A stretch of DNA of 55,301 bases from Candidatus Bathyarchaeota archaeon (GTDB lineage: Archaea > Thermoproteota > Bathyarchaeia > Bathyarchaeales > Bathyarchaeaceae): positions 1 to 55,301 of the forward strand of contig JAUWZP010000002.1 of assembly GCA_030615265.1 (NCBI GenBank). Direction: 5' to 3'. The translations under genes were made by a program, and so were the position numbers. Positions 1 to 10,215 of this stretch are shown here, piece after piece. The notes under the pieces were generated by a model, which searched no databases, had not been told where the DNA came from, and saw only the letters and a list, made by a program, of their open reading frames with translations. Every line of letters starts with the position of its first letter. Position 1 is the first letter of the stretch.

Positions 1-68
1 GCTAACGCTTGTTTTTTCTTCGTCGTTTACTATTTTTTCTCTTCTTTCTTCCGCGGTTGCGCCTGCGA

Positions 69-1055
69 CTAGTCTTCCGAGTTTTCTTCAGGAAAGGGTT
101 CGCTTTCCTCCATCGGAGTTTCCGAAACTATCTGTTCTTCAGGCAGTATCTCATCTGTTGCTTCTTCTGTTGTTTCCTCTGTGGGAGTTTCAATCACTAT
201 CTCTTCAGTTATTGCTTCTTCTGTTGAGGTTTCAGACAACACCTGTTCTTCGGTTAATGTCTCTTCCGTTGGAGTTTCAATCACTGCCTGTTCTTCAGAC
301 ACGATTTCCTCTGTTGTCTCTTCCACGGTAGCTTCTATTGTAGCTTCTGTTATCTCCTCGGTCACTTCCTCTGTTGACATCTCAACTGGTGTCTCAGCCA
401 ATTCGGGAGTTTCCGGCGTTATCTGTTCCTCCTCTGTAGACGTTTCGACAGGCGTCTCGGGCATTTCTAGGGTTTCAGGGGTCTCCACAACCACCTCAGT
501 AGGTTGCTCAATGCTTGTCTCGTCGGTCACAGGAGATGGCTCAACAGGAGTTTCAATTGGCGCAGCGGCTGACACTTCAGGCGCAGTTTCCATAGCTGTT
601 TCTGTTGGCGTCGCTTCAACGGTTTCAGCTGTTTCAATCGTTGCAGTAAGCTCAGCTTGCGTTTCTTCTGGAACAAGCTCCAAGATAGCATCTTTGATGA
701 AGGTTAACTCGTTTTTTGTAGCCTCAAGCCCAAAACTCAGAGCACTAACCTCCTGAGTGTGCAGTTCCTCATTGATCTCGCCAGCAGCAAAGGACATCTC
801 CACGTTAGCCAAGAACGTCTCTAAAGTGTTGATTTGCCGCTCAAGCTCATTAAGTTTGGAAGTCATTTTTTCTGCCAATTCTTTGCGATGATCTTCGATA
901 TGCTCAATCTCCGAGGTGAGCGCTTTGTTTAGGTTATCATAGGTAAGCTGCGAAATTCTGTTATTGCTGTGCATCTCTTCAAGAGCATTCTGCTTCTTCC
1001 TAGCCAAATCAAGCTCATTGTTTATCTTCTCGAAAGAATCTTTCCATGAAATCAA
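69..1055 (-). CDS. Hypothetical coiled-coil protein with long acidic Thr/Glu/Pro-rich repeat tail
   Basis: 328-aa ORF. The N-terminal ~140 aa are heptad-like (NELDLARKKQNALEEM, LNELERQINTLETFL). The C-terminal ~190 aa are low-complexity acidic repeats (ETPTEET, TEEIT). No family recognised. Confidence 0.6.
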   Translation of the reverse strand: MISWKDSFEKINNELDLARKKQNALEEMHSNNRISQLTYDNLNKALTSEIEHIEDHRKELAEKMTSKLNELERQINTLETFLANVEMSFAAGEINEELHTQEVSALSFGLEATKNELTFIKDAILELVPEETQAELTATIETAETVEATPTETAMETAPEVSAAAPIETPVEPSPVTDETSIEQPTEVVVETPETLEMPETPVETSTEEEQITPETPELAETPVEMSTEEVTEEITEATIEATVEETTEEIVSEEQAVIETPTEETLTEEQVLSETSTEEAITEEIVIETPTEETTEEATDEILPEEQIVSETPMEESEPFPEENSED

Positions 1056-1359
1056 TTCATATACACCTCATATTTCTGAGAAATGAATGCGTAAAACCGC
1101 GAGATAATCTTTATTAACATGCAGATATATCGCAGACTCTCAAAAGCACTCCATTTTTGGTTTTTCTTCCAAAAATACGTTTAAATCTCAGCTAAACAAC
1201 ACTGTAAATATAGCCTCAAAGATGACATTTGTTCGAACGATAAATCTGGGCTTTCTGGTTGGCAGTATCAAATACATAGAGTCCTGAAGCCATATGTGTC
1301 ACGTTTTATTTAGATTCTGATTTAGATTTTTGTTTTAAAATGCAAACAACAAACTGGAT

Positions 1360-1752
1360 ATGTGTTTGGAATCCAAAAATTTGTATACGAAGAGACATGA
1401 CTATACAACGGGGTCGGATATGGAGACAACAACGGTTTTGAAAAAAATGCACAGAAGACTCGTTAAAACCTTCTTAGACGTGTTGGTTCTGTCAGAGCTT
1501 AGAAATAGAGCCCTGAGCGGCTACGACGTTATAGCCTTCATTCACAGCAAATTTAGCCTCCTCGTCAGCTCGGGCACAGTGTATTCTCTCCTATACTCTT
1601 TGGAAAGAGACGACTTGATAAAAGGCGAATGCGCCCAACGAAAGAGAGTCTATACTCTCACCGAGAAGGGAGAAGCAACAATAAAGGCAATTCTGAACGC
1701 AAACGACAAGATTCGATATCTCACAACAAGCTTGCTTAAAGTGCAAAAATAG
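1360..1752 (+). CDS. PadR-family winged-helix transcriptional regulator
   Basis: Core LDVLVLSELRNRALSGYDVIAFI...GTVYSLLYSLERDDLIKG...RKRVYTLTEKG matches the PadR pattern. The likely true start is ATG 1420 (METTTVLKK). Confidence 0.75.
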   Translation: MCLESKNLYTKRHDYTTGSDMETTTVLKKMHRRLVKTFLDVLVLSELRNRALSGYDVIAFIHSKFSLLVSSGTVYSLLYSLERDDLIKGECAQRKRVYTLTEKGEATIKAILNANDKIRYLTTSLLKVQK

Positions 1753-1762
1753 ATGCCCAGAG

Positions 1763-2137
1763 CTAAGATGGCTTAGAACCAAAGAGTTTGGGAGCTAGCC
1801 TATCCACCACCTTCTTCACCTTTTCCCATTCTTCAGAATTCCTTATTTGAAACTTGTGCTTACGTTTCCACTTCCCATCACGGGACTGCCATAAGTACAT
1901 AGCGATAGACCGCTTTCCATACGATTCTATGACAGCTATGGCTTCCCACCATTTTTGACTTTTAAATATAGTCACATGGTCTACTACCTTATAGAAACTT
2001 GAAACAGGCAATTGCTCCTCCTGCTCCTTTTCCTCCTTCTGCTCGCTCAACGCTTTTCGCCTCGGCATAAAGTTAAATCGGCTCTCATTTAAGGTCTTCG
2101 TAACACCCTTCGCTAGTACAAACTTCTTAACAAGCAC
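1763..2137 (-). CDS. Hypothetical protein (basic, W/K-rich)
   Basis: 124-aa ORF convergent with the PadR gene. No family recognised. Confidence 0.45.
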   Translation of the reverse strand: MLVKKFVLAKGVTKTLNESRFNFMPRRKALSEQKEEKEQEEQLPVSSFYKVVDHVTIFKSQKWWEAIAVIESYGKRSIAMYLWQSRDGKWKRKHKFQIRNSEEWEKVKKVVDRLAPKLFGSKPS

Positions 2138-2180
2138 AAAATTCTAAAGGGGAAGACGCTGTAAAACTAAGTGAAGAAAA

Positions 2181-3020
2181 ATGGTTAAGGTTACATGTGT
2201 ATACAGATCTCAATGTCCATGGGCAGCTGAATGGCTAAAAATTGTCAGAGAATCGCATGCCGACTCAAAAGTGGAAGAGATCAATACTTGGGAGAAACCA
2301 AACGAAGCCGCAACTCTGATCAACAAGGGATGCCGAAAAGAGAAACAGAAACTCTCTGCATACTTATTTGGAGTGTTCTTGGACGGAAAATACGCCAAGA
2401 CAGGACCAGAGCTAACTCCAGCTGATGAAAAAGCGCGTGCGCGTGACCGCTTGGAAAGCACCCATCACCACATCTATGTTGAAAGCGAAATCACTATCGC
2501 TCCTTTAACAAGCCTCACCATAGAAGACGAGATTGAACTCTGCCTTTCAACCCATCCTTCCGCTGTCACGGTTAGCAAACGGGGCTTCAAACAGGGGAAA
2601 GAAATGAAGATGAACTGGTTTAAAGAAGTCCTTTCGAATGTAGACCCTTGTGGAGTAGTAGCCTACAGAAGAAAACAGCCTATAGGTCTATTGGAATATC
2701 TGCCCTCTCCACTGGCAAGGAAGCTGGGCTTCACTCCAACTGACGATCCTAGAGTGGCTACTATAGCATGTATAGAAGTTGCATTAGGTGAAGAAAGACA
2801 TGGTGTTCACAAGATTCTGGTTTCTTCAATGCTTGGCAACCTGATTCGCGATAGTCAAGGATTTAATGAAATCGAGGTGTTAGCCCGAGAAGGAGACGTG
2901 ACCCTTGACTACCCAGATAGCTTTCCAATTATGCATCCAGCCTCCTTGTATCGAGAAATGGGCTTTAGAAAGGTCAAAACATGGAGAAACCGCGTGCTGA
3001 TGCGCTACCAACTTGCATAG
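2181..3020 (+). CDS. Hypothetical protein, possible GNAT-like C-terminal half
   Basis: 279-aa ORF. The C-terminal block GVVAYRRKQPIGLLEY...HGVHKILVSSML...LYREMGFRKV resembles an acetyltransferase fold only loosely. Confidence 0.45.
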   Translation: MVKVTCVYRSQCPWAAEWLKIVRESHADSKVEEINTWEKPNEAATLINKGCRKEKQKLSAYLFGVFLDGKYAKTGPELTPADEKARARDRLESTHHHIYVESEITIAPLTSLTIEDEIELCLSTHPSAVTVSKRGFKQGKEMKMNWFKEVLSNVDPCGVVAYRRKQPIGLLEYLPSPLARKLGFTPTDDPRVATIACIEVALGEERHGVHKILVSSMLGNLIRDSQGFNEIEVLAREGDVTLDYPDSFPIMHPASLYREMGFRKVKTWRNRVLMRYQLA

Positions 3021-3115
3021 AACCTCGATTTCAATGACACTGCGCTAATATAGCTCTAATCTAAACATCTTCCATAAGCTAGTAACGCTAATCTGCCTAA
3101 GGGAGAGTCAGATGT

Positions 3116-3775
3116 TTGAAGGTTTTAGCGGTCTCCGACTTTCATGGTAGCCTCGACGCCTCTAAACGAGTTTCCCTCAAAGCGCAAAACGTAAACGCCG
3201 ATGTCGTAGTCATTTCAGGAGACATCACCCACTTCGGCTCTGTTCAAAATGCAAAAGAACTGTTTTCTCCATTACTCAAACTAAAGATGCCCGTCTTTTT
3301 TGTGCCAGGCAACTGTGACCTGCCTTCACTAGCTGAAATTAATTTAAAAGGCGCATTTTGCGTTCACGGTTCTTGCGAAACCTATGGCAACGCAATGTTT
3401 GTCGGCGTGGGCGGTGGGCCACTCAGCCCGTTTAAAACACCTTTTGAAATGACCGAAGACGAAATCATGCAAGCGTTAAATCAAAGTTTTGGACAGTGTC
3501 AACCCAAACAATGGCTGATTCTGGTCTCTCATACTCCTCCCAAAAACACAAAACTAGACGCAGCATTCAGCGGCGAGCACGTTGGCAGTTTAAGCGTGAA
3601 ACGATACATTGAAGATAAACAGCCATCCATCGTCTTCTGCGGGCACATCCATGAAGCCCGAGGAATAGACAGCATAGGCAACACAATTATTGTGAACTCT
3701 GGACCAGCAAGACACCGCCAATGCGCTGTAGCCGATCTCGATGAGAAAATTGAAGTCCAACTGGGTTATCTGTAA
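3116..3775 (+). CDS. Metallophosphoesterase (calcineurin-like)
   Basis: TTG start. Motifs VLAVSDFHG, VVISGDITHFG, GNCD and GHIHEARG are present. Confidence 0.8.
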   Translation: MKVLAVSDFHGSLDASKRVSLKAQNVNADVVVISGDITHFGSVQNAKELFSPLLKLKMPVFFVPGNCDLPSLAEINLKGAFCVHGSCETYGNAMFVGVGGGPLSPFKTPFEMTEDEIMQALNQSFGQCQPKQWLILVSHTPPKNTKLDAAFSGEHVGSLSVKRYIEDKQPSIVFCGHIHEARGIDSIGNTIIVNSGPARHRQCAVADLDEKIEVQLGYL

Positions 3776-3827
3776 AAAAAGGTTAAAAAGCATATGATGT
3801 AGTATTAATGCCGCGAGATGAAAAAAG

Positions 3828-4553
3828 ATGTCCTTTAAGAAAGGCGAGTTCATTCTCATCGAATACGTTGCCAAGGTTAAAGAGACAGGCGAGATCTTCG
3901 ACACCACAATTGAAGACACAGCCAAAAACGAAAGGCTGTATAAAGAAGGAGAAATCTACGAGTCAAAACTGATTGTGGTCGGCGAAGGATGGCTACTGAA
4001 AACACTTGACGAAGGCTTGCTCAACATGAAGTTGAAGAAGCCTGCAACAGTTGAGATACCGCCTGAAAAAGCATTTGGAAATCGGGATGCCGAAAAAGTC
4101 AAGCTGGTCCCGCTTAGACGTCTCACAGCCAAAGGCATCACGCCTCAGCTGGGAATGCGCGTCGAGTTTAATGGAAAACTGGCTACTGTGAGGACCATTG
4201 GCGCTGGCAGGGTTCAACTAGATTTTAATCCGCCTTTAGCTGGCAAAACCTTAGTCTATGAAGTTACGGTTCAAAAGAAACTGGCGACAAAAGTAGAGAA
4301 GATTAAAGCGCTCATCCACCGCAGAATTCCAGTGGTAGATGCGGAAAAGTTCGGATTGAAAACGCGAAAAACGATTGTTGAGATAACCGTTCCAGAAGAC
4401 GCCTTCTACATTGAGGGGTTGCAACTCGCAAAGAGAGGCATATCAACTGACATACAGAAATTCTTTCCAGAAACCAATACAATCAAATATGTAGAAACCT
4501 TCAAAAGACGAGAAACAGCCGCTTCCACAACTACGACTTCAAAGTCAACATAG
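3828..4553 (+). CDS. FKBP-type peptidyl-prolyl cis-trans isomerase (archaeal long type)
   Basis: Blocks GEFILIEYVAKVKETGEIFDTT, VVGEGWLLKTLDEGLLNMK, IPPEKAFG and LDFNPPLAGKTLVYEVTV are typical of archaeal FKBP/SlyD-like PPIases. Confidence 0.85.
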   Translation: MSFKKGEFILIEYVAKVKETGEIFDTTIEDTAKNERLYKEGEIYESKLIVVGEGWLLKTLDEGLLNMKLKKPATVEIPPEKAFGNRDAEKVKLVPLRRLTAKGITPQLGMRVEFNGKLATVRTIGAGRVQLDFNPPLAGKTLVYEVTVQKKLATKVEKIKALIHRRIPVVDAEKFGLKTRKTIVEITVPEDAFYIEGLQLAKRGISTDIQKFFPETNTIKYVETFKRRETAASTTTTSKST

Positions 4554-4635
4554 AAACTAACGCAAACGAACGAAGCAGTTATTTATCGTTCCACCACCTC
4601 AATAAGCTTAGTTCAGCTCCAAGCTGGAAACCAAA

Positions 4636-5460
4636 ATGGACAGGTCTGTTGAAATCATATGCATCGGAAATGAGCTTCTAATAGGCAAGACTCTGAACAC
4701 CAATGCCCAGTGGATTGCGAAGAGAATCACAACCCTAGGGCTAAACGTAAGCCGCATTACAATAGTAAGCGACTACGTAGATGAAATCTCAAACATGACA
4801 AAAGAAGCCCTGCAACGTAAACCAATCTTTATTATCACTACAGGCGGTCTCGGCCCAACATTCGACGACAAAACCCTTGAAGGCATCGCCAAAGCATTTA
4901 ATTGTCCATTACAAGTCCACAAAGAAGCGTTGAAGATGATTGAAAAGAAATATCAGCAATTCGTGGCAGAGGGACTTGTGAAGGAAAAAGTGGAACTGAC
5001 TAGTCCTCGAATTAAGATGGCTACCCTACCAAAAGGAGCGAGGCCACTGACAAATCCGATTGGGACGGTTCCAGGAGTGCTTCTGAAGCAAAACAAGGTT
5101 ACTATCATAGCTTTGCCAGGAGTCCCGCCGGAGATGGAAGCGATTTTTGACAACTCAGTTGTGCCTTTGCTTAAAGAGGTTTCAGGCAACGTAACGTTTT
5201 ATGAAACCAGCCTTTCTGTCAATGGGATTATGGAAACGGACATAGCGCCTCTCATCGATAAAACCATGCATGACAACCCTCATGTTTACATAAAATCTCA
5301 TCCCTACGGAGGCGAAGGGGTTCCTCATTTGGAACTGCACTTCTCAACTACCGCCCAAAACTCAAACATAGCCAGGAAACATGTTAGTCGAGCCCTACTT
5401 CAGATCACAGAACTCTTACAAGCCAAAGGCGGAAAAGTTAAACCGATAAAGCCCAAATGA
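4636..5460 (+). CDS. CinA-like / molybdopterin-binding (MoCF) domain protein
   Basis: VEIICIGNELLIGKTLNTNAQWIAKRL...IITTGGLGPTFDDKT is the CinA N-terminal / MoaB-Mog type domain pattern. Confidence 0.7.
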   Translation: MDRSVEIICIGNELLIGKTLNTNAQWIAKRITTLGLNVSRITIVSDYVDEISNMTKEALQRKPIFIITTGGLGPTFDDKTLEGIAKAFNCPLQVHKEALKMIEKKYQQFVAEGLVKEKVELTSPRIKMATLPKGARPLTNPIGTVPGVLLKQNKVTIIALPGVPPEMEAIFDNSVVPLLKEVSGNVTFYETSLSVNGIMETDIAPLIDKTMHDNPHVYIKSHPYGGEGVPHLELHFSTTAQNSNIARKHVSRALLQITELLQAKGGKVKPIKPK

Positions 5461-5525
5461 CAAAGCGGAACTATCAGCTTTTCTGATAAAGTTTTTAACC
5501 ACACTAATATGAATACGACTACTCA

Positions 5526-6665
5526 TTGGAGTCTGCAAGTTTGAAAGCAGTAGTCTTAGCTGGTGGTTACGGAACAAGACTGCGCCCACTCACCTGTACG
5601 CGGCCAAAAATGTTGTTTCCAATAGCAAACATGCCTCTTTTGGACTGGACACTTAAAAAATTGGCAAAGAACAAGGTAACGAAGACAATCTTAGCTGTGA
5701 ACTACATGACTGACGTTTTCATTAAGCACTATGGAGAAAAGGCTTATGGAATGCAGATTGCCTATTCTAGAGACCTTGATCCAGACCACAAAACACTTGC
5801 AGGTTTTCAAAAGTTAGGAACAGGAGGCTCAATTAAAAAGGCTGAAAAGCTGATTGGACATGAGGAACCATTTCTGGTTTTGAACGGCGACATCCTCACC
5901 AACATAAATTATGCTGAGTTCATGAAGAAACATGAGACAAGCGGTGCAACAGCAGCTATAGCGCTTCATGAAGTTGAGGATCCAAGCCGATATGGAGTCG
6001 TTGAATTAACCAACGAAGACCGCATAGTCCAGTTTGTGGAAAAACCAGCACTAGACGAAGCACCCAGCAACTTAATTAACGCTGGAATTTACGCTTTTAA
6101 CCCAAAAATTTTCGATTATATACCCGAAGGACGCCAGGTTTCAATAGAACATGAAATTTTCCCCAAGTTCGCAGAAGAAGGAAAACTCCGTGGCTATACC
6201 TTTCAAGGCTACTGGACGGATATCGGAAAACCAAGTGACTATCTGAAAGCCAACAGGCTTCTGCTCGACATGGAAATCAAAAAAGGAAAACTGGGTAAAA
6301 ATGCGGCTTTAGAAAGTGAAACCGAAATACAAAAGCCTTGCATCATCGGAGAGAACGTGACCATAAAGAGTAAATCAAAGATCGGCCCTTACGCGGCTAT
6401 TGGCGACAACGTAATCATCGGAAAAGGAGCTCTCATAGAGAACTCGATAATCTTCCCACACACAGTCATTTCTGATTTCACATCCATAAAAGGCACAATT
6501 ATAGGTGAAGCCTCAATGATAGGAAGCAGTGTTACAATTGAAAGCGGATGCATAATCGGCGACCACGCAATGATACGGGACAACGTAACCTTGACCCAAG
6601 GCGTAAGCGTGTGTCCTTCCAAAGAGGTTAAAGAAAGCGTCTTAACCCCAAAATGTTTAATGTAA
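5526..6665 (+). CDS. Sugar-1-phosphate nucleotidyltransferase with C-terminal left-handed beta-helix
   Basis: LAGGYGTRLRPLTCTRPKMLFP (GxGTRLxPLT) is followed by hexapeptide-repeat C-terminal sequence (IGENVTI, IGDNVIIGKGA, IGSSVTIESGCIIGD). Confidence 0.85.
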   Translation: MESASLKAVVLAGGYGTRLRPLTCTRPKMLFPIANMPLLDWTLKKLAKNKVTKTILAVNYMTDVFIKHYGEKAYGMQIAYSRDLDPDHKTLAGFQKLGTGGSIKKAEKLIGHEEPFLVLNGDILTNINYAEFMKKHETSGATAAIALHEVEDPSRYGVVELTNEDRIVQFVEKPALDEAPSNLINAGIYAFNPKIFDYIPEGRQVSIEHEIFPKFAEEGKLRGYTFQGYWTDIGKPSDYLKANRLLLDMEIKKGKLGKNAALESETEIQKPCIIGENVTIKSKSKIGPYAAIGDNVIIGKGALIENSIIFPHTVISDFTSIKGTIIGEASMIGSSVTIESGCIIGDHAMIRDNVTLTQGVSVCPSKEVKESVLTPKCLM

Positions 6666-6769
6666 ACGCTTGTCTCTTCTCTGCACCTAATAGCGAATGT
6701 CATCCTTCGAAAGCATTATACTTCTACAATTAATACATACTAAGAACGGCTGATGCTGATGTGATGTGA

Positions 6770-8140
6770 ATGACCATTATACTTCAGGAAGAAAATCTGA
6801 GCGACTCGGATAAGCGTAAAAAATATACAGTAAGCGTTGTGGGGTGCGGACGCATAGGTCTGCCGACGGCATGTCTCTTCGCTGAAGCAGGATTCAGAGT
6901 GATCGGAGCTGACGTCAACTCAAGAGTAGTTGCTCTATTAAACAAGGGAAAAGCTCCCCTATCTGAACCTAGACTTAAAGAACTCCTAGAAAAACAAGTG
7001 AAAAATGGAAGTTTCACCGCAACTAGAGACATCAAAAAAGCAGCGTCCAATAGCGACATCATCGTGCTTGTTGTTCCAACCCCAATCGACAGGAAGAAAA
7101 AACCTGATTACACATTTATTGAAAGACCGTGCAAGGAGATCGGCAAAGGATTACGCGCTGGGTCTCTGGTCATCGTCGCAAGCACAACAGGTCCGGGAAT
7201 CACGGAGACCATAATAAAAGAAACACTGGAAAACGCTTCTGGCCTGAAGGCTGGGAAAGATTTTGGTCTAGCATATAGCCCCACTCGAGCGGCTCCAGGT
7301 CAAGTTCTGCGAGACATCGCCAAATACGCCAGAGTTGTGGGAGCTATTGATGAGAAAAGCCTTAGGGCTGCGAGCCTTGTCCTAAGCACAATTGTTGAGG
7401 GAGGAATAGTTAAAGTGAAAGACATGAAAACAGCAGAAGCCGTAAAACTTTTTGAAAACGTACATCGTGATGTCAATCTAGCACTAGCAAACGATTTTGC
7501 CCAATTCTGCGAAAAGATTGGAATAGACTATTTGGAGGCGCAAAAATCTGCTAACACTCAGCCCTACTGTCACCTGCTTGTCCCAGGAATTGTTGGTGGA
7601 CATATTCCCAAAGACCCGTATCTACTTTTAGAGGAAGCAGAAAACGTGAGCGCAAAATTGCGGATACTAGTACTGGCGAGGAAGATAAATGACGAAATGC
7701 CCATTCATGCGATTCGCTTGGTGAAAGATGCCTTGAAAAAATGTGGAAAACCTCTAAGACGAGCCAGAATTTCAATCTTAGGAGTTTCTTATCGCTCAAA
7801 TGTAAAAGAGCCAAGAGGCAACAAAACGGAGGAACTTGTGAGAAGGCTTCGTGCAAAAGGCGCCATTGTTCAAGTTTATGACCCCTTCTTCTCTCAGAAA
7901 GAGTTAACAGAGCGCGCGTTTCCCGCCAAGAAAACGTTGACGAAGGCGGTGGAAGGCACTGACTGCCTACTAATTGCGGTAGGTCACGACCGTTTCAAGC
8001 GTTTAAATCTGAGGAGAATTAAATTTCTAATGAAAAAAACGTCAGCAATAGTAGACATGGGACATGTCATAGACCCTGTTAAGGCAGAAAAAGAGGGCTT
8101 TATATACCGCGGAGCGGGCAGAGGCGTCTGGTTCAAATGA
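6770..8140 (+). CDS. Nucleotide-sugar 6-dehydrogenase (UDP-GlcNAc/ManNAc dehydrogenase, WbpA/WecC-like)
   Basis: Rossmann N-terminus VVGCGRIGLPTACLFA. The 456-aa layout fits the UDP-glucose/GDP-mannose dehydrogenase family. 4-nt overlap with the next gene. Confidence 0.8.
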   Translation: MTIILQEENLSDSDKRKKYTVSVVGCGRIGLPTACLFAEAGFRVIGADVNSRVVALLNKGKAPLSEPRLKELLEKQVKNGSFTATRDIKKAASNSDIIVLVVPTPIDRKKKPDYTFIERPCKEIGKGLRAGSLVIVASTTGPGITETIIKETLENASGLKAGKDFGLAYSPTRAAPGQVLRDIAKYARVVGAIDEKSLRAASLVLSTIVEGGIVKVKDMKTAEAVKLFENVHRDVNLALANDFAQFCEKIGIDYLEAQKSANTQPYCHLLVPGIVGGHIPKDPYLLLEEAENVSAKLRILVLARKINDEMPIHAIRLVKDALKKCGKPLRRARISILGVSYRSNVKEPRGNKTEELVRRLRAKGAIVQVYDPFFSQKELTERAFPAKKTLTKAVEGTDCLLIAVGHDRFKRLNLRRIKFLMKKTSAIVDMGHVIDPVKAEKEGFIYRGAGRGVWFK

Positions 8141-9084
8141 AAAGACTTGGTGTAGCAGTCATAGGAACAGGCTTCTGGGGTCGGAATCACGCCAGAAATC
8201 TTAAAGAGCTAAGTGAAACTGAACTCTTAGCAGTTTGCGACATTAACCCAGAACGAGCCAAAGCAGTGGCTGAACAACTCGACATAGACGCCTATACTGA
8301 CAGTCGGAAACTACTGAAAAGACGAGACATAGAAGCTGTAACAATCTGCACTTGGTCAACGAAACTTGCCTTAGAAGCGTTGAGTGCATTAAAAGCTGGA
8401 AAACATGTTTTGGTAGAGAAACCAATGGCAAACACTGTCCAACAAGCTAGAAAACTTGTCGAATTAGCACAGAGAAAGGAACGACTGCTCACGGTAGGAT
8501 TCCTGATGAGATTTATACCTGGTGTTCAACGCATCAAAGAGTCCATTGATAAAGGAGAAATTGGGACTCTCGTCTGTGCAACAGCTAAGAGAGTTTCTCG
8601 GTGGCCAGAAAGAATAGGAGATGTTGGAGTTGTCAAAGATTTAGCTATTCACGACATCGACATAATGAGATATCTTTTCAACAAAGACCCTATAGCGGTT
8701 TACGCAATGGCGGGTGCTCTAAAACATAGATTGGAAGACTATGCTCAAATAATGCTAACTTTTAGGGAGGGAAAAACAGCTTTTATTGAGGCTAATTGGC
8801 TAACGCCCTATAAGATACGAAAATTAGTGGTGACTGGAAGTGAAGCCATTATGACCGCCGATTACCTTACTCAAGAAGTAACAACTGAAACTTCCGGACA
8901 AACTTTAAGCCCTAGATATGAATGGGTAGAACCACTTAAACTCGAGTTGCAACACTTTGCTAAATGCGTATTGAATAATAAAGAGCCGATTATCACCGGC
9001 GTAGACGGCTTAAAAGCCCTTCAGATAGCACAGGCGACTTTAAAATCCGCAGCCAAGGGCACAATTATCAAACTTAAAGAATGA
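8137..9084 (+). CDS. Gfo/Idh/MocA-family oxidoreductase (WbpB-like)
   Basis: VAVIGTGFWGRNHARNL N-terminus and VLVEKPMA motif. Translationally coupled to the dehydrogenase. Confidence 0.8.
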   Translation: MKRLGVAVIGTGFWGRNHARNLKELSETELLAVCDINPERAKAVAEQLDIDAYTDSRKLLKRRDIEAVTICTWSTKLALEALSALKAGKHVLVEKPMANTVQQARKLVELAQRKERLLTVGFLMRFIPGVQRIKESIDKGEIGTLVCATAKRVSRWPERIGDVGVVKDLAIHDIDIMRYLFNKDPIAVYAMAGALKHRLEDYAQIMLTFREGKTAFIEANWLTPYKIRKLVVTGSEAIMTADYLTQEVTTETSGQTLSPRYEWVEPLKLELQHFAKCVLNNKEPIITGVDGLKALQIAQATLKSAAKGTIIKLKE

Positions 9085-9305
9085 TCTAGACTTTTTCACA
9101 TACCCACCGCGCATTTAGAAACTGATCGTGTCAGGGCATGAAGTCAAACATAACATCCATTTCAACAGGGAAACCAGCTTGCCAACATTTCGTATCTCAG
9201 TATCATTAACATATCAAAACCATAATCAAAAACTTTTCCGTATCTTTCAATAAATAAACAATTAAACTATTCAAATCTCATATATTTAACAAGCGAGGAA
9301 AAAAT

Positions 9306-9818
9306 ATGCAAAAACTAAAAATAGGAAAGGGAGTGATCATTGGCAAAAATGTACAATTTGGTGAAAAGGTCGCCATATGGAACTATGTAGTCATAGGCGA
9401 TAACACAAAAATAGGCGCAGAAACACGCATCGGAAGCTTCTGCGACATCGGTAGGGATGTCATTATGGGTAAAAACTGCATAATACAAGCCCACGTAACG
9501 ATCTCAAACGAATGCAAACTCGGCGACAACATATTCATAGGACCAAACAGCAACCTACTAAACGACAAATTCCCACACAGCAGATGCCTAACACCATCCA
9601 TAATAAAAGACAACGTTGTCATTGGGGGATGCGTCACAATACTCCCAAACGTAACAGTAAGCAAAAACTCCGTAATCGCAGCAGGGAGCGTAGCAACAAA
9701 AGACGTGCCATCGGAAACCGTTGTAAAAGGCATACCAGCAAAACAAATGATGACAAGACAAGAATACGAAAAGAAAAGAAAGGCCTTCATCAGAGCCAAA
9801 AAACCTAAGAATCTTTAG
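9306..9818 (+). CDS. Hexapeptide-repeat (LbH) N-acetyltransferase (WbpD-like)
   Basis: Repeated [LIV]G-x4 hexapeptides run through the 170-aa ORF (IGKGVIIGKNVQFGEKV..IGDNTKIGAETRIG). Confidence 0.8.
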   Translation: MQKLKIGKGVIIGKNVQFGEKVAIWNYVVIGDNTKIGAETRIGSFCDIGRDVIMGKNCIIQAHVTISNECKLGDNIFIGPNSNLLNDKFPHSRCLTPSIIKDNVVIGGCVTILPNVTVSKNSVIAAGSVATKDVPSETVVKGIPAKQMMTRQEYEKKRKAFIRAKKPKNL

Positions 9819-10215
9819 CTTCCGCTAGTTTTCTCTACGACATCCGCAATAACATCAACTGGATTTCAAGCCCAGCTAACAAACGTTTAATGTTGCGCTT
9901 TTCGGCTAGAAGCTTCTCCGCGAGCCTCAGCACATAGGATGGTTTCGTGTTAAAAATCGGAATGCTTTTCTCGGCTAGAAAATTATCTACATACCGACTT
10001 GGAAATATTGAACAATTATTGCGGATGCTCCCTGTAACGCTGCGTCCGAGTAATGGTTCCCTGCCTCAACAAACAAGTCTGCTTGCGCAACTAAACTGCA
10101 ATCAAGGTCTTCCAAGAGCGTATCGTATCTCGGGTACAAAATTCTTAATCCACGCCACAGATTAACCAATAACAATCCTCCCAATAAACTCTCCGAACCG
10201 GAAAAACCATATGAA

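Noticed and set aside
181-756. 191-aa Ser/Val/Thr-rich ORF on the + strand
   Set aside because: It is the mirror image of the acidic T/E repeat region of the longer minus-strand ORF (69..1055). Low-complexity antisense frames stay open by composition alone.
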